Origin: a virus
Taxonomy: Duplodnaviria > Caudoviricetes
IMG/VR virus record: IMGVR_UViG_3300022242_000023
Location: 1 to 64,000 of that record
Strand: one strand, 5' to 3'
DNA length: 64,000 nt
The notes under the pieces were generated by a model. That model was not told the DNA's origin, ran no database searches, and worked only from the letters and a program-made list of their open reading frames with translations. Positions 8,516 through 17,616 of the stretch are shown here, piece after piece. A program made the translations under genes and the position numbers. Numbering within the stretch: the first letter of the stretch is position 1; every line of letters starts with the position of its first letter.

Positions 8516-8722
8516 CATGGTACAAAAGTACAAGTAATTTCTATATACATAACAATGGTGTTCAATCACCCTCTCTGGGTACTACCTTTGAAGAAATAGA
8601 TATAGTTGATTGGATTTATTGGATGAAATTAGAAAAATCAAAAAGTCAGAATGAAAATTCTAAAGCAAAATGTTTTTCTATAGATTCTTATGATATATTA
8701 GATAACTATTAAAAAAATACAA

Positions 8723-8998
8723 ATGAAATCTAAACACATAATTACGTTTTTTATAAGAATTTTATACACTTATTTAGGTATAATATTCTATGAGTCTATT
8801 ACTATTAATAAATTTACTATATCATCTTATGGTATGGGTATTATTTATTCTGCAGGGGTAATCATATACATAATACTCCCTATATTATATATAGTATATA
8901 TAATCAGTGAATTTTTTAATGGTAAATATGATGAATGGCTTAATAATAATATAGATGAAAAAATAAATAAATTTTTAAAATGTTTTAAACAGAACTGA
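8723..8998 (+). CDS. small 2-TM membrane protein, paralog of 7092/7376
   Basis: GKYDEWLNNNIDEKINKFLKCF after two TM segments. Confidence 0.7.
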   Translation: MKSKHIITFFIRILYTYLGIIFYESITINKFTISSYGMGIIYSAGVIIYIILPILYIVYIISEFFNGKYDEWLNNNIDEKINKFLKCFKQN

Positions 8999-8999
8999 A

Positions 9000-9329
9000 A
9001 TGCAAACGTATAAGTTTTATACTAAAAAAAACGAAAGACTGGCTATTTTCCTAAATAAAAAGGAGCTTGTAGTATTCAAATGTTCTTTACAAGACAACTT
9101 TAGTAAGAAAGTTGCAAGAGAAGCTTTTGCAGAATATTTAAGAAATAAAATTGAAGGAACAGGATGCAAATATAATCCAAAAGTTATACCATTAGAAAAA
9201 GAACTTACTGGTAAAGAATTCTATATTCACTGTAAAGAGAATTTTAGACAAATCAAGACTTCTCCATTGCCTGGAAAAGGTAAATTCTTTATTAGAAATG
9301 GATTATTAAATCAACTAGTAAATAGATAA
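9000..9329 (+). CDS. hypothetical protein
   Basis: 109-aa ORF in operon context. Confidence 0.7.
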   Translation: MQTYKFYTKKNERLAIFLNKKELVVFKCSLQDNFSKKVAREAFAEYLRNKIEGTGCKYNPKVIPLEKELTGKEFYIHCKENFRQIKTSPLPGKGKFFIRNGLLNQLVNR

Positions 9330-9332
9330 ATT

Positions 9333-9497
9333 ATGAATGTTTTTGATTTAGAAGAAGATTTCAATGAAGAATTAGAACAAGAATTATTAGAAGTAGAATC
9401 TCTTTTGGAAACAATACCTCCCTTATCTGAAAAAGAAACTGAGACTGTTAAAAAAGAGATTGAATCTGAATTTGATTACTTAGATGAAGAAGAATGA
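9333..9497 (+). CDS. highly acidic microprotein (not in ORF track)
   Basis: Hand-translated 54 aa, 22 D/E versus 3 K; ATGA overlap with the next gene. Confidence 0.7.
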   Translation: MNVFDLEEDFNEELEQELLEVESLLETIPPLSEKETETVKKEIESEFDYLDEEE

Positions 9498-10036
9498 TTA
9501 TTCTAGCTAAAGACAAAGATTACTACGATTATTTAGCAGACGGTAAAGGTGTTGTATTAGATAGAAGATATGCAGAAAAGTTTTCATTACAAACAATGAA
9601 AAGAATAGTACTGCATATCGGAGGTTGGAGATATGAAGGAATGTTTATAAATGGAGATATTGTATATGGAATGAAAGCAATTAAAGAACAAAAAGTTAAA
9701 AATGCTGCTCCAATAACTGTTCCCCATGTATTTGATGCTCCTACTAATACCAACCCTACTACACACCTTTACTTTAACTTAAGAGTCGAAGGAGGATATT
9801 ATTTTTACACAAAAGAAAGTAGTTGCATTTTGAAGGAAAAACAGCCTTCAATATATAATGACAGATATAATTGTCCTATATTAATATGGGATAATGGGTT
9901 TAAAAAATATCCTAACTTAGAATTATTAAAATTTGATAAACATGTTTCTGCATGGGAAATGTATGAAATATTAAACAACTGGTATGGCACTAACATTATG
10001 GCTAATAATGACATTTTACGAGATTCTCTCGTTTAA
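9494..10036 (+). CDS. hypothetical phage protein
   Basis: 180 aa; KDKDYYDYL N-terminus. Confidence 0.75.
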   Translation: MIILAKDKDYYDYLADGKGVVLDRRYAEKFSLQTMKRIVLHIGGWRYEGMFINGDIVYGMKAIKEQKVKNAAPITVPHVFDAPTNTNPTTHLYFNLRVEGGYYFYTKESSCILKEKQPSIYNDRYNCPILIWDNGFKKYPNLELLKFDKHVSAWEMYEILNNWYGTNIMANNDILRDSLV

Positions 10037-10102
10037 AGAACAAACACAAATTTTAAACAAAGTTAATACAAATTTTATTTTAACAATTATATATTGCATG
10101 CT

Positions 10103-10234
10103 ATGGCCAATTACAAAATTATTGATGATACTGAACATGTTCAAGAAAAATCTACTAGAGTAGAAAAATGTATATATGGTGAAGAATGTATGTGCATGAA
10201 ACTTTTTAATGAAATTAAATGTAAGAAAATCTGA
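10103..10234 (+). CDS. small Cys-rich protein (not in ORF track)
   Basis: Hand-translated 43 aa MANYKIIDD...KCIYGEECMCMKLFNEIKCKKI. Confidence 0.45.
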   Translation: MANYKIIDDTEHVQEKSTRVEKCIYGEECMCMKLFNEIKCKKI

Positions 10235-10305
10235 ACAAGATCAGAAAAACATATTGTTTAATGAAATCAATGAATTTTTAAGTTAAAAAAAGTGAAAGTT
10301 TAAGT

Positions 10306-10337
10306 AAAGGAAGAGGGAGTAATCCCTCTTTCTTTTT
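10306..10337 (+). terminator. intrinsic terminator
   Basis: aaaggaagaggga-gtaa-tccctctttcttt followed by a T run. Confidence 0.75.
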
Positions 10338-10360
10338 ATTGTTTAATAAATATTTAAAAA

Positions 10361-11434
10361 ATGGCAAAAAGACAAGCTAAAAAAACAGAAAATGTTGAAT
10401 TAGGACAAGAAGAAAAATTAAGACCAATATCCAGATTAGACAAATATGTCTATATGGATGATACTATCCAGTTATTAGACTTTGCATTTAAATGTAATAA
10501 AAATGTAATTCTATACGGACCAGGGGGTTATGGAAAATCTGAAGTAAGTATGGATTTTCTAAATGAAAGAGGTATTCAACCTTATGTATTAACAATGGGT
10601 AATGGTACTACCACAGATAGATTATTTGGCGGTATGGATTTAAAGAAGTTTAATGATGATGGTAAAATTGAATACTTAGTAGAAAATTCATTTATGAACC
10701 ATGAATATGTAATTTTTGAAGAGTTATTTGATGCTCAAGATTATATATTAGAGCAGCTAAAAGACATTTTAAGTTCAAGAATATTCAGAAATGGTAATCA
10801 AATTTTTAATATTAAAACTAAATTGATTATTTGCTGTACTAATAAAACTAGGGAATCCTTTTCTAAAAATGATTCATTGAAGGCTTTGATGGAAAGATTT
10901 CCATTGGAACATAATGTAGAATGGAAAGAAAATAACTCTATAAACTATGAGCATTTATTCAGAAAAGTATTAGGGAATGTAGATCCATTTCTTACTTATA
11001 TATTAGGAGAATATTCTAAAAATGGTATTAAGATATCTCCTAGGATGGCTTTAACATCTGCAGAATTGTTAATGGCTTGTGGCCCTGATTGTTTAAAATT
11101 CATACCAGAATTCTCAAAGAAACCTGAGTTATTAAAATCTGCAACTACTAAATTTAAATCAATTGAAGAAGTTTATGAAATAAATGAAAAGTTTAAAGCG
11201 TTAAAGTCTTCATTTAAAATAGGAAATGATGTTGATTCTATAAAGAAATCAAATCTTCAAATTGCAGAATTAAAGAAAACACTTGTTAAATTAAAATCTA
11301 TAAAAGCTGATGATAGCATTGTTACTAAAGTTAGTGAATTAATCACAGAAATAGAAGCTTTTATAAAAAATAATGAAAAAGCTTTAAGTTTGTTAATGGG
11401 AATTAGTGCCTTAGAAGAAAGTGAAATATCATAA
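10361..11434 (+). CDS. MoxR/RavA-like AAA+ ATPase
   Basis: Walker A GPGGYGKS, Walker B-like IFEEL, CCTN sensor, ALMERF arginine finger. Confidence 0.85.
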   Translation: MAKRQAKKTENVELGQEEKLRPISRLDKYVYMDDTIQLLDFAFKCNKNVILYGPGGYGKSEVSMDFLNERGIQPYVLTMGNGTTTDRLFGGMDLKKFNDDGKIEYLVENSFMNHEYVIFEELFDAQDYILEQLKDILSSRIFRNGNQIFNIKTKLIICCTNKTRESFSKNDSLKALMERFPLEHNVEWKENNSINYEHLFRKVLGNVDPFLTYILGEYSKNGIKISPRMALTSAELLMACGPDCLKFIPEFSKKPELLKSATTKFKSIEEVYEINEKFKALKSSFKIGNDVDSIKKSNLQIAELKKTLVKLKSIKADDSIVTKVSELITEIEAFIKNNEKALSLLMGISALEESEIS

Positions 11435-12878
11435 ATCAAAAAAGTTTGATATAGAAGAAGATGTAGAGTTTACAGATAGTAAACATTTAAAAGGAGGGGT
11501 TATTAAAGAATACTCCTCAAAAGTTTATGATAATAATTATCGTAGTAATTACTATGATAACTACTATAACAACAGTTATGGAAGTAGAAGTACTGGTTAT
11601 AGTTATGGTAGCAATTATTATAATAAACCTTATAGTTCATATTGGTCATCCTGGTATGACAGTTCATACACAATAAAGGAAGAAAAAGATGAACTTTTTA
11701 TAAAGAATTCAGAATCATATTTAACACCTTCGTCAGATGAATTAAGAAAAGAAATAGGTTGGGGATGCAGCGCGGATACTATTAAAATGGGAAAAGAACT
11801 TTCAAGATTCTTTTTTTACAAAATGATCAATGAAAAGGATTATATAGATGAAAAATATTTAGATGATAGTAAATTAAATGATTCTCAATTAAGCGAGAAA
11901 ATATCAAAAATAGAAACATACAATAATTTATGGGATGCTGCAATCCCTGGATATACGCCCAAAGAAAAAGCCCTATACGTAATGCAGTCTTTACATAGAA
12001 AAACTGGTAAAGTACCTTCTGAAATATCTGATTTAAAAGAACATATAATAGAGAAAATATCTATTAAAGATGAGATATTAGCAGATCCTATTTTGAATGA
12101 ATTATATGATACATTACACTCAAAAGCAAAATTTAATAAATTTGACATACTTAATAAAGTGTCTTTATTAAAAAATTTAGGTTCTAAATTCAAAATAGAA
12201 AAGGAGATAGAAAAAAAGATTGTTCATAATTCCAGTATTAGAGATATCAAATTAATGACAGATATATCTCAAATATGTAATGTAGAATTATATCAGAGAT
12301 TATTGCCTAATTTTAAACACAAACTGTTAACTAAAAGTTTATTAGTAAATGTACCTGTTCAAAAAACTGAACATAAACAGAAGATTATAATGTTAGTAGA
12401 CTTTTCTGGTAGTATGTGCAGTACAGATAAACAACAATGGGTTGTTGCTATAATGATGGATAGATTAAGAATGGCAATTAAAGAAGAATGTGAAATATTC
12501 TTTACGTATTTTTTACAAGATGTGAGAGAATTCAGTTTTCATCATATATTTGACAGAGAAAGCGCATTAGAATTTTGGAAATCATTTTCTACTAGACCAA
12601 ATGGAGGAGATACTTCTGTAGGTACAATTATTACTAGTATAAAAGATGAAATTCAAAAAGGAAAACTGTTTAACATAAATGTAGATCTGTCTAAAGAACT
12701 ACCTGAAGTCTTAATTATAAATGATGGTCAAGATACTGTTAAAACAGAATCTTTCACATATAAAACTAATGCAATAAATCTGATACAGAATAATGAACAA
12801 GTTAAAAATTTATGTATACAAAACAAAGGTGTACATGTACACGTTAATATGAATGATAATTTAACAATAAGTGAATAA
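11421..12878 (+). CDS. vWA-domain protein (ViaA-like partner of the AAA+ ATPase)
   Basis: MIDAS motif LVDFSGSM, NGGDT, IINDGQD; Tyr/Ser-rich N-terminus; GTG start. Confidence 0.85.
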   Translation: MKYHKSKKFDIEEDVEFTDSKHLKGGVIKEYSSKVYDNNYRSNYYDNYYNNSYGSRSTGYSYGSNYYNKPYSSYWSSWYDSSYTIKEEKDELFIKNSESYLTPSSDELRKEIGWGCSADTIKMGKELSRFFFYKMINEKDYIDEKYLDDSKLNDSQLSEKISKIETYNNLWDAAIPGYTPKEKALYVMQSLHRKTGKVPSEISDLKEHIIEKISIKDEILADPILNELYDTLHSKAKFNKFDILNKVSLLKNLGSKFKIEKEIEKKIVHNSSIRDIKLMTDISQICNVELYQRLLPNFKHKLLTKSLLVNVPVQKTEHKQKIIMLVDFSGSMCSTDKQQWVVAIMMDRLRMAIKEECEIFFTYFLQDVREFSFHHIFDRESALEFWKSFSTRPNGGDTSVGTIITSIKDEIQKGKLFNINVDLSKELPEVLIINDGQDTVKTESFTYKTNAINLIQNNEQVKNLCIQNKGVHVHVNMNDNLTISE

Positions 12879-12880
12879 AT

Positions 12881-13126
12881 ATGAATATATCAAACACAAA
12901 ATTAGTAAGATTGATACTTAGTAATGAAAACACATCAATTATTAAGTTTAGAACTAAAAACAAAAAGACAAGAGTCATAGCTTGTGATATAAATAAAAGT
13001 GAACCTATGACACCATTAGGATACTTAGTAGTAAAAGAAAAACTATCAGAAGAATATAAAACTATTGATCCTAAAAATATAACTTCAGCAATTATTAACG
13101 GTATAACTTATGTAAAAAATGGTTAA
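12881..13126 (+). CDS. small SH3/WYL-like beta-barrel protein
   Basis: KFRTKNKKTRV...GYLVV...YKTIDPKNI pattern; fold assignment is tentative. Confidence 0.5.
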   Translation: MNISNTKLVRLILSNENTSIIKFRTKNKKTRVIACDINKSEPMTPLGYLVVKEKLSEEYKTIDPKNITSAIINGITYVKNG

Positions 13127-13268
13127 AATAACAATGTTAATTGTAATAGTAGTATTTTGTATACTATTAATTATGGCAGTAAGAGAAGTTCTTGTACAAA
13201 GTAGAAAAAAATACAGGAAGACTACTGTTTCTGACTTTGATGAAACAGATATTTATAAGAAAAATTAA
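13119..13268 (+). CDS. small membrane protein upstream of the SPFH gene (not in ORF track)
   Basis: Hand-translated 49 aa MVKITMLIVIVVFCILLIMAVRE. Confidence 0.55.
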   Translation: MVKITMLIVIVVFCILLIMAVREVLVQSRKKYRKTTVSDFDETDIYKKN

Positions 13269-13278
13269 ACAATTAAAT

Positions 13279-14496
13279 ATGAATAGACAAATTTTTAAAA
13301 TTGGAGCGCTGTTATTTGCGCTTATTATGGTTTTATGGTTAAATCCTACATCGTGGAATGATGCCACTTCTAGAACAGTAGTAACTAGAGCAGATGGATC
13401 TCAAATGGTAAGATTTGGACCTGGGTTATTTTACGCTGGTTTCTTTGCTAAAGAAACAGTATGGCCAAATCAGCTAACAATCTCTTACAGAGAAGAGCAA
13501 GCTGCTAATTCATTAGAAGATAACATGATGGAGATTGGTAAAATACCTGTAAGATTTGCTTCAGGACCTCAAGCAGATATGATGGGTGTTGTTCAATTTA
13601 TTCTACCAAATGATGAGGCTAAAATGCTAGAAATACACAATGTACACAAAAGTCCTGTACATTTGGTTAAGAATAGATTAATGCCTTATACTAGAGAGTG
13701 TTTACAAAGTTCTTCACAACTACTTACAGTACAGAATCATTATGAAGGTGGAAGAGCTCAATTAGGACAAGATTACCTAGATCAGCTTCAAAATGGGGCA
13801 TTTTTATTAGATGTAAAAGAAAAATCTGGAAGAGATAGTATTACAAATGAACTAAAGACTTATTATGTATCAAGTCCTAAAAGAGATGCTAATGGTAATA
13901 TACTAAGAAAACATTCATCTATTAAAGAATATGGTATATTAGTAGGAGATGTTCAAATCACAGATACTGACTATAGTGAGCTTGTAGACTCTATGATTAA
14001 TAAGAATATTCAGTCAGTTACAATGGCTTCTGTAAGTAAGCAAAACCTTATTACCGCCCAACAGCAAGCTCTTACAGCAAGAGCTGAAGGTGAGAGAAAC
14101 CTAGTAACTATTGAATATGAAAAGAAAAAAGAGCAAACAGCATTAGTAGTATCTGCACAAACTCAAGTAGAATTAGCAAAACAAGACCTTTTAAAGCAGG
14201 AAATTGCCAGACAAGCCTCTATAAAAGAAGCAGATAAGATTAAGACTCTTGCTGACGCAGAAGCTTATGCTAAAGCTAGGATTATGCAAGCAGATGGTGC
14301 TTTAGAAAAGAAATTAGCTGCATGGGTTACATCACAGGAATATTGGGCTAATGCCTTTGGTAAATACCAAGGAGCAGTAGTTCCTCAGATATCTACAAAT
14401 GGTAATTCTGGTAATGCTGCAGTAAATTTTATGGAAATTATGGGGATTAAGGCTGCCAAAGATCTTAATCTTGATTTAAACAACAATAAACGTTAA
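13279..14496 (+). CDS. SPFH/Band 7 (prohibitin/flotillin-like) protein
   Basis: N-terminal TM, PGLFY, GDVQITDTDY and an AE/AQ-rich coiled coil (ARAEGE, AEAYAK); likely start at 13279. Confidence 0.85.
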   Translation: MNRQIFKIGALLFALIMVLWLNPTSWNDATSRTVVTRADGSQMVRFGPGLFYAGFFAKETVWPNQLTISYREEQAANSLEDNMMEIGKIPVRFASGPQADMMGVVQFILPNDEAKMLEIHNVHKSPVHLVKNRLMPYTRECLQSSSQLLTVQNHYEGGRAQLGQDYLDQLQNGAFLLDVKEKSGRDSITNELKTYYVSSPKRDANGNILRKHSSIKEYGILVGDVQITDTDYSELVDSMINKNIQSVTMASVSKQNLITAQQQALTARAEGERNLVTIEYEKKKEQTALVVSAQTQVELAKQDLLKQEIARQASIKEADKIKTLADAEAYAKARIMQADGALEKKLAAWVTSQEYWANAFGKYQGAVVPQISTNGNSGNAAVNFMEIMGIKAAKDLNLDLNNNKR

Positions 14497-14500
14497 TAAA

Positions 14501-14887
14501 ATGGCAACAAAATTGAAAGCAGTGTCTAAAAAAACAAGACCTGTACAAAAAAAGACTACGAAAGTTACTCCAAGAAGGAAAGTTGTAGCAAAGAAAACAA
14601 CAGTTCCAGAATCCCCTTCTGATAGAATAGAAGATCTTGAGAACTTGGTGAATGCTACTATGGATAATATCAGACTTCAGAGAATGGAAAATGAAGTTTA
14701 TGCATTAAATATCACAAGGAAGATTGAAGAAAATATGGCAAAGAAGGAAGCTTCTTTGAATTCTGCCAAAGAAACCATGTTAACTTTAAAGAATGCGTAT
14801 AAAAAAGCTAAAGAAGAATGTTTCAAAATGGAAGAAGACTTGGCTAAATTAAATGATATGATTACATCGCTTGCCTGCAATGTTTAA
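14501..14887 (+). CDS. basic N-terminus plus coiled-coil protein
   Basis: 128 aa; Lys-rich tail followed by heptad-like repeats. Confidence 0.7.
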   Translation: MATKLKAVSKKTRPVQKKTTKVTPRRKVVAKKTTVPESPSDRIEDLENLVNATMDNIRLQRMENEVYALNITRKIEENMAKKEASLNSAKETMLTLKNAYKKAKEECFKMEEDLAKLNDMITSLACNV

Positions 14888-14917
14888 AATTTTTCATTGA
14901 TAATAATTTTATTGGAG

Positions 14918-14953
14918 GGATTGTGCACTAGAAGTAGTGCACAATTCTTTTTT
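14918..14953 (+). terminator. intrinsic terminator at a convergent junction
   Basis: ggattgtgcacta-gaag-tagtgcacaattc followed by a T run. Confidence 0.85.
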
Positions 14954-15575
14954 ATTCTATAAATTCTGATTTAACATCAAAATTAGGACAAGTTTTAGAT
15001 ACATTGGGCATATCTCTATGTCCTACAACTAGTATATCTGGGAATATAGTCTTAATATGTTTAACTAGAATTTTAATAGTGTTTATTTGAGCTTCAGTTC
15101 TAGTGTCTTTAGAATAACCACCTATATAAGCAATATTTATAGTTACTGAATTATAGTTTTTAACACCATAGACAACCTCATTCCATTCTAGTAATGGAGA
15201 ATTGTCTATTGGAGCAAGGTAATATACCTCACCTTTCATATTTACAGCGTAATTATAACCTGGTTTTGTATATCTACCCCATCTCTGTATAAATACATTC
15301 ATTAACTCAGCTTGAGTTTGATCTTTTTTGGAACCTGTAGTGTGTATTACTAAATATCTAGGTTTTTTAGGTCTAAATGTATTTTTATCTAGTAAGTCTG
15401 CATTGTCTAAAGTATCTAAGCATTGATCATGCATTTCTACACTACCTTCACCATAATAAATCATAAAATTCTTACCTTTAACACCTAAAAATGTCAATAT
15501 AAAAGTAACTATTACAGAAGTTATCACTCCTATAATAAACTTTTTATCAACAAATTCTTTAAGTTCTTCTATCAT
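14952..15575 (-). CDS. N-acetylmuramoyl-L-alanine amidase (Amidase_2, T7-lysozyme-like) with N-terminal TM
   Basis: LVIHTT, GYNYAV, IAYIGG and GHRD...KTCPNF Zn-ligand motifs. Confidence 0.9.
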   Translation of the reverse strand: MIEELKEFVDKKFIIGVITSVIVTFILTFLGVKGKNFMIYYGEGSVEMHDQCLDTLDNADLLDKNTFRPKKPRYLVIHTTGSKKDQTQAELMNVFIQRWGRYTKPGYNYAVNMKGEVYYLAPIDNSPLLEWNEVVYGVKNYNSVTINIAYIGGYSKDTRTEAQINTIKILVKHIKTIFPDILVVGHRDMPNVSKTCPNFDVKSEFIE

Positions 15576-16384
15576 TTTATGATTATATTTTGTCTTAATT
15601 CAGGGTGTTCATGTATGGTGAACCTTATTTTTGATAACTGACCATCGGTAAGACATCCTCTACAATGGAGATAAGCCCAAGACATCAGATTACAACTTAG
15701 CATGGTCTTATCTATATCTGGTATACTATCTGCATCTGCGCCTATATATTTGCAATCCCCAGAAATTTTTTCATGAAGATTGTTAGCAGATCTTGTATCA
15801 CATACTCTATCTCCAGAATATATGGTATAACCATCAGTATCATCTGGCGTATCATAATGATATAATCCTAGACAATGACCTAATTCATGAAGTAAAGTAC
15901 TCTTAAGAATATATTGTTCTCTAATAGCAAAAAATGTAGATCCTACACCTGCTGCTATACCAAGAACACCTTTTAAATCATCAGGAAAATTCTCTTGAGT
16001 ATTACCATATATGTAACAAGTTACAATATAAGGTCTATAATAAATTTTACCATACTTCACAAAAGAAGGCATATCTCCCTTAATCAAGGGAGAAACAATT
16101 TCTACAGTATCATCTAGTCTAAAAGTTACATCAGCATCAATATATGTTTTATTGATATATTGAACTACTTTTTCAAAATCAATATTATTGATTTCACCTA
16201 CTGTATCTGAAAATTTAACAAATCTGATAGGTAATTCAATTCTATCAGTATTACTAAAGTATATTTCAGATAAATGATAAGCATTTCCACAATCTTTTTT
16301 ATCAAAGTTAGGTGGAATATGACGCTTTGTAGGACAAGATAATAATAGAAGAATAGGAAAAATCTTTAAAAAGATTACCTTCAT
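15572..16384 (-). CDS. Zn metallopeptidase (M43/pappalysin-like) lipoprotein
   Basis: HELGHCLGLYH metzincin motif, DRVCDT and NLMSW Met-turn; lipobox LLLSC. Confidence 0.8.
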   Translation of the reverse strand: MKVIFLKIFPILLLLSCPTKRHIPPNFDKKDCGNAYHLSEIYFSNTDRIELPIRFVKFSDTVGEINNIDFEKVVQYINKTYIDADVTFRLDDTVEIVSPLIKGDMPSFVKYGKIYYRPYIVTCYIYGNTQENFPDDLKGVLGIAAGVGSTFFAIREQYILKSTLLHELGHCLGLYHYDTPDDTDGYTIYSGDRVCDTRSANNLHEKISGDCKYIGADADSIPDIDKTMLSCNLMSWAYLHCRGCLTDGQLSKIRFTIHEHPELRQNIIIK

Positions 16385-16457
16385 ATCCTCTAAATTTAAA
16401 CCCCTTTAGTGAATGTTGCTATATTACAACCAGATCCATTTCCGCAGTTAAACATGA

Positions 16458-16631
16458 TTATCTATTTAAAGTGTCAAGTAATTGGTTATCTTTAGGTAAA
16501 GTATCTACTGAAGAAGCTTCTACTTTCTCAGAAGTAAAGTAATCTTTAACTGTTCCTCCAAAGAAATATATTAAGATTGCTGCTAGCACAGCTCCAATAA
16601 GAGATTTGTTTTTAGTAATAAAGTCTTTCAT
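16458..16631 (-). CDS. single-TM small protein (holin/spanin-like candidate; not in ORF track)
   Basis: Hand-translated 57 aa MKDFITKNKSLIGAVLAAILIYFFGG; ATGA overlap with 16628-16825. Confidence 0.65.
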   Translation of the reverse strand: MKDFITKNKSLIGAVLAAILIYFFGGTVKDYFTSEKVEASSVDTLPKDNQLLDTLNR

Positions 16632-16825
16632 AGTTTATATTTGGGTTTACAATTTACAGTAACATATGCAACAATAGTATCAGCTTTTATAGTATTTTGA
16701 ATGATTAAAGTATGAGTACCCTCACCAGTAACTTCAAATTTTACTATACCTATATTAGATTTATTTTGGGGTAAAAAACTCCCAAAAATAAAAATAATAA
16801 AAAGAAATAATACTAAATATTTCAT
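16628..16825 (-). CDS. small membrane or secreted protein in the lysis-type cassette
   Basis: 65 aa; hydrophobic N-terminus. Confidence 0.65.
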   Translation of the reverse strand: MKYLVLFLFIIFIFGSFLPQNKSNIGIVKFEVTGEGTHTLIIQNTIKADTIVAYVTVNCKPKYKL

Positions 16826-16847
16826 ATATTTGTATTTAAATTAACTG

Positions 16848-16855
16848 CAAATTTA
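16848..16855 (-). promoter_or_regulatory. Bacteroidota -7 promoter box (TAnnTTTG)
   Basis: TAAATTTG(CA) on the - strand about 23 nt upstream of the ATG at 16825; no clear -33 box. Confidence 0.45.
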
Positions 16856-16927
16856 ATGATAAACATCATTATAAAACGTAATTATCATGAGTTTACATAA
16901 ATAATTATTCACAGTATATAGCTAAAA

Positions 16928-17311
16928 ATGAAAAAATATTATAAAAAACCTGATATTAAAGATATAGTGCCTGGAAAAATAGTTCCAGTGTATATAAATT
17001 TCAGAGAAGAAAAAGATTTAGCAGGTTTTGCTATGATAAACTACAGAACAAAGTCTCTACAAGAGGAGTTACCTTATGTTAGAGCAGAAATAGGTGGTAA
17101 AAATGGTAAATATCAATCCCAATCTGTATTGTGGATTCATAAAAGATTTAATATTACATTTGTTGACCCTTTTGATTATGATCCAAATATGCCTTTTGAA
17201 ATGAGAATGAAGTATATTCATCAAAAGGGATTTACTACAAATTGGAACATAGCATTCTTTTTAAAAACATCAAGTAACATATATATTAATAAAAAAAACA
17301 ATATTGTCTAA
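16928..17311 (+). CDS. hypothetical protein
   Basis: 127 aa; first gene of the replication operon. Confidence 0.75.
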   Translation: MKKYYKKPDIKDIVPGKIVPVYINFREEKDLAGFAMINYRTKSLQEELPYVRAEIGGKNGKYQSQSVLWIHKRFNITFVDPFDYDPNMPFEMRMKYIHQKGFTTNWNIAFFLKTSSNIYINKKNNIV

Positions 17312-17615
17312 TATGGAAAAAGCTCTCGTAAGTGGCATCATCTACACTGTAAGAAATGATGATAATAGTAATCAAGTACTATTTTTTGATGAGAATGAAT
17401 ATGTAAGAATTCTCTACAAAAAAGAGGGGGAAGAACCTAGTGAGGTATTAGAGTTCTTTACTCATCCAGATGTTGAATTAGATTTTAAATATGATGAAGA
17501 AGACATTCTTTTCTCTAAAAAAAGAGAAGAATCCATTATTCAAATGATGAAATCTGAAGACAACAACACCAAATTATTGGCAACAAAATTGATTCAAGTA
17601 AAAGAACATAATTAA
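17304..17615 (+). CDS. hypothetical protein with C-terminal S-x-D helical motif
   Basis: IIQMMKSEDNNTKLLATKLI. Confidence 0.75.
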   Translation: MSNMEKALVSGIIYTVRNDDNSNQVLFFDENEYVRILYKKEGEEPSEVLEFFTHPDVELDFKYDEEDILFSKKREESIIQMMKSEDNNTKLLATKLIQVKEHN

Positions 17616-17616
17616 G

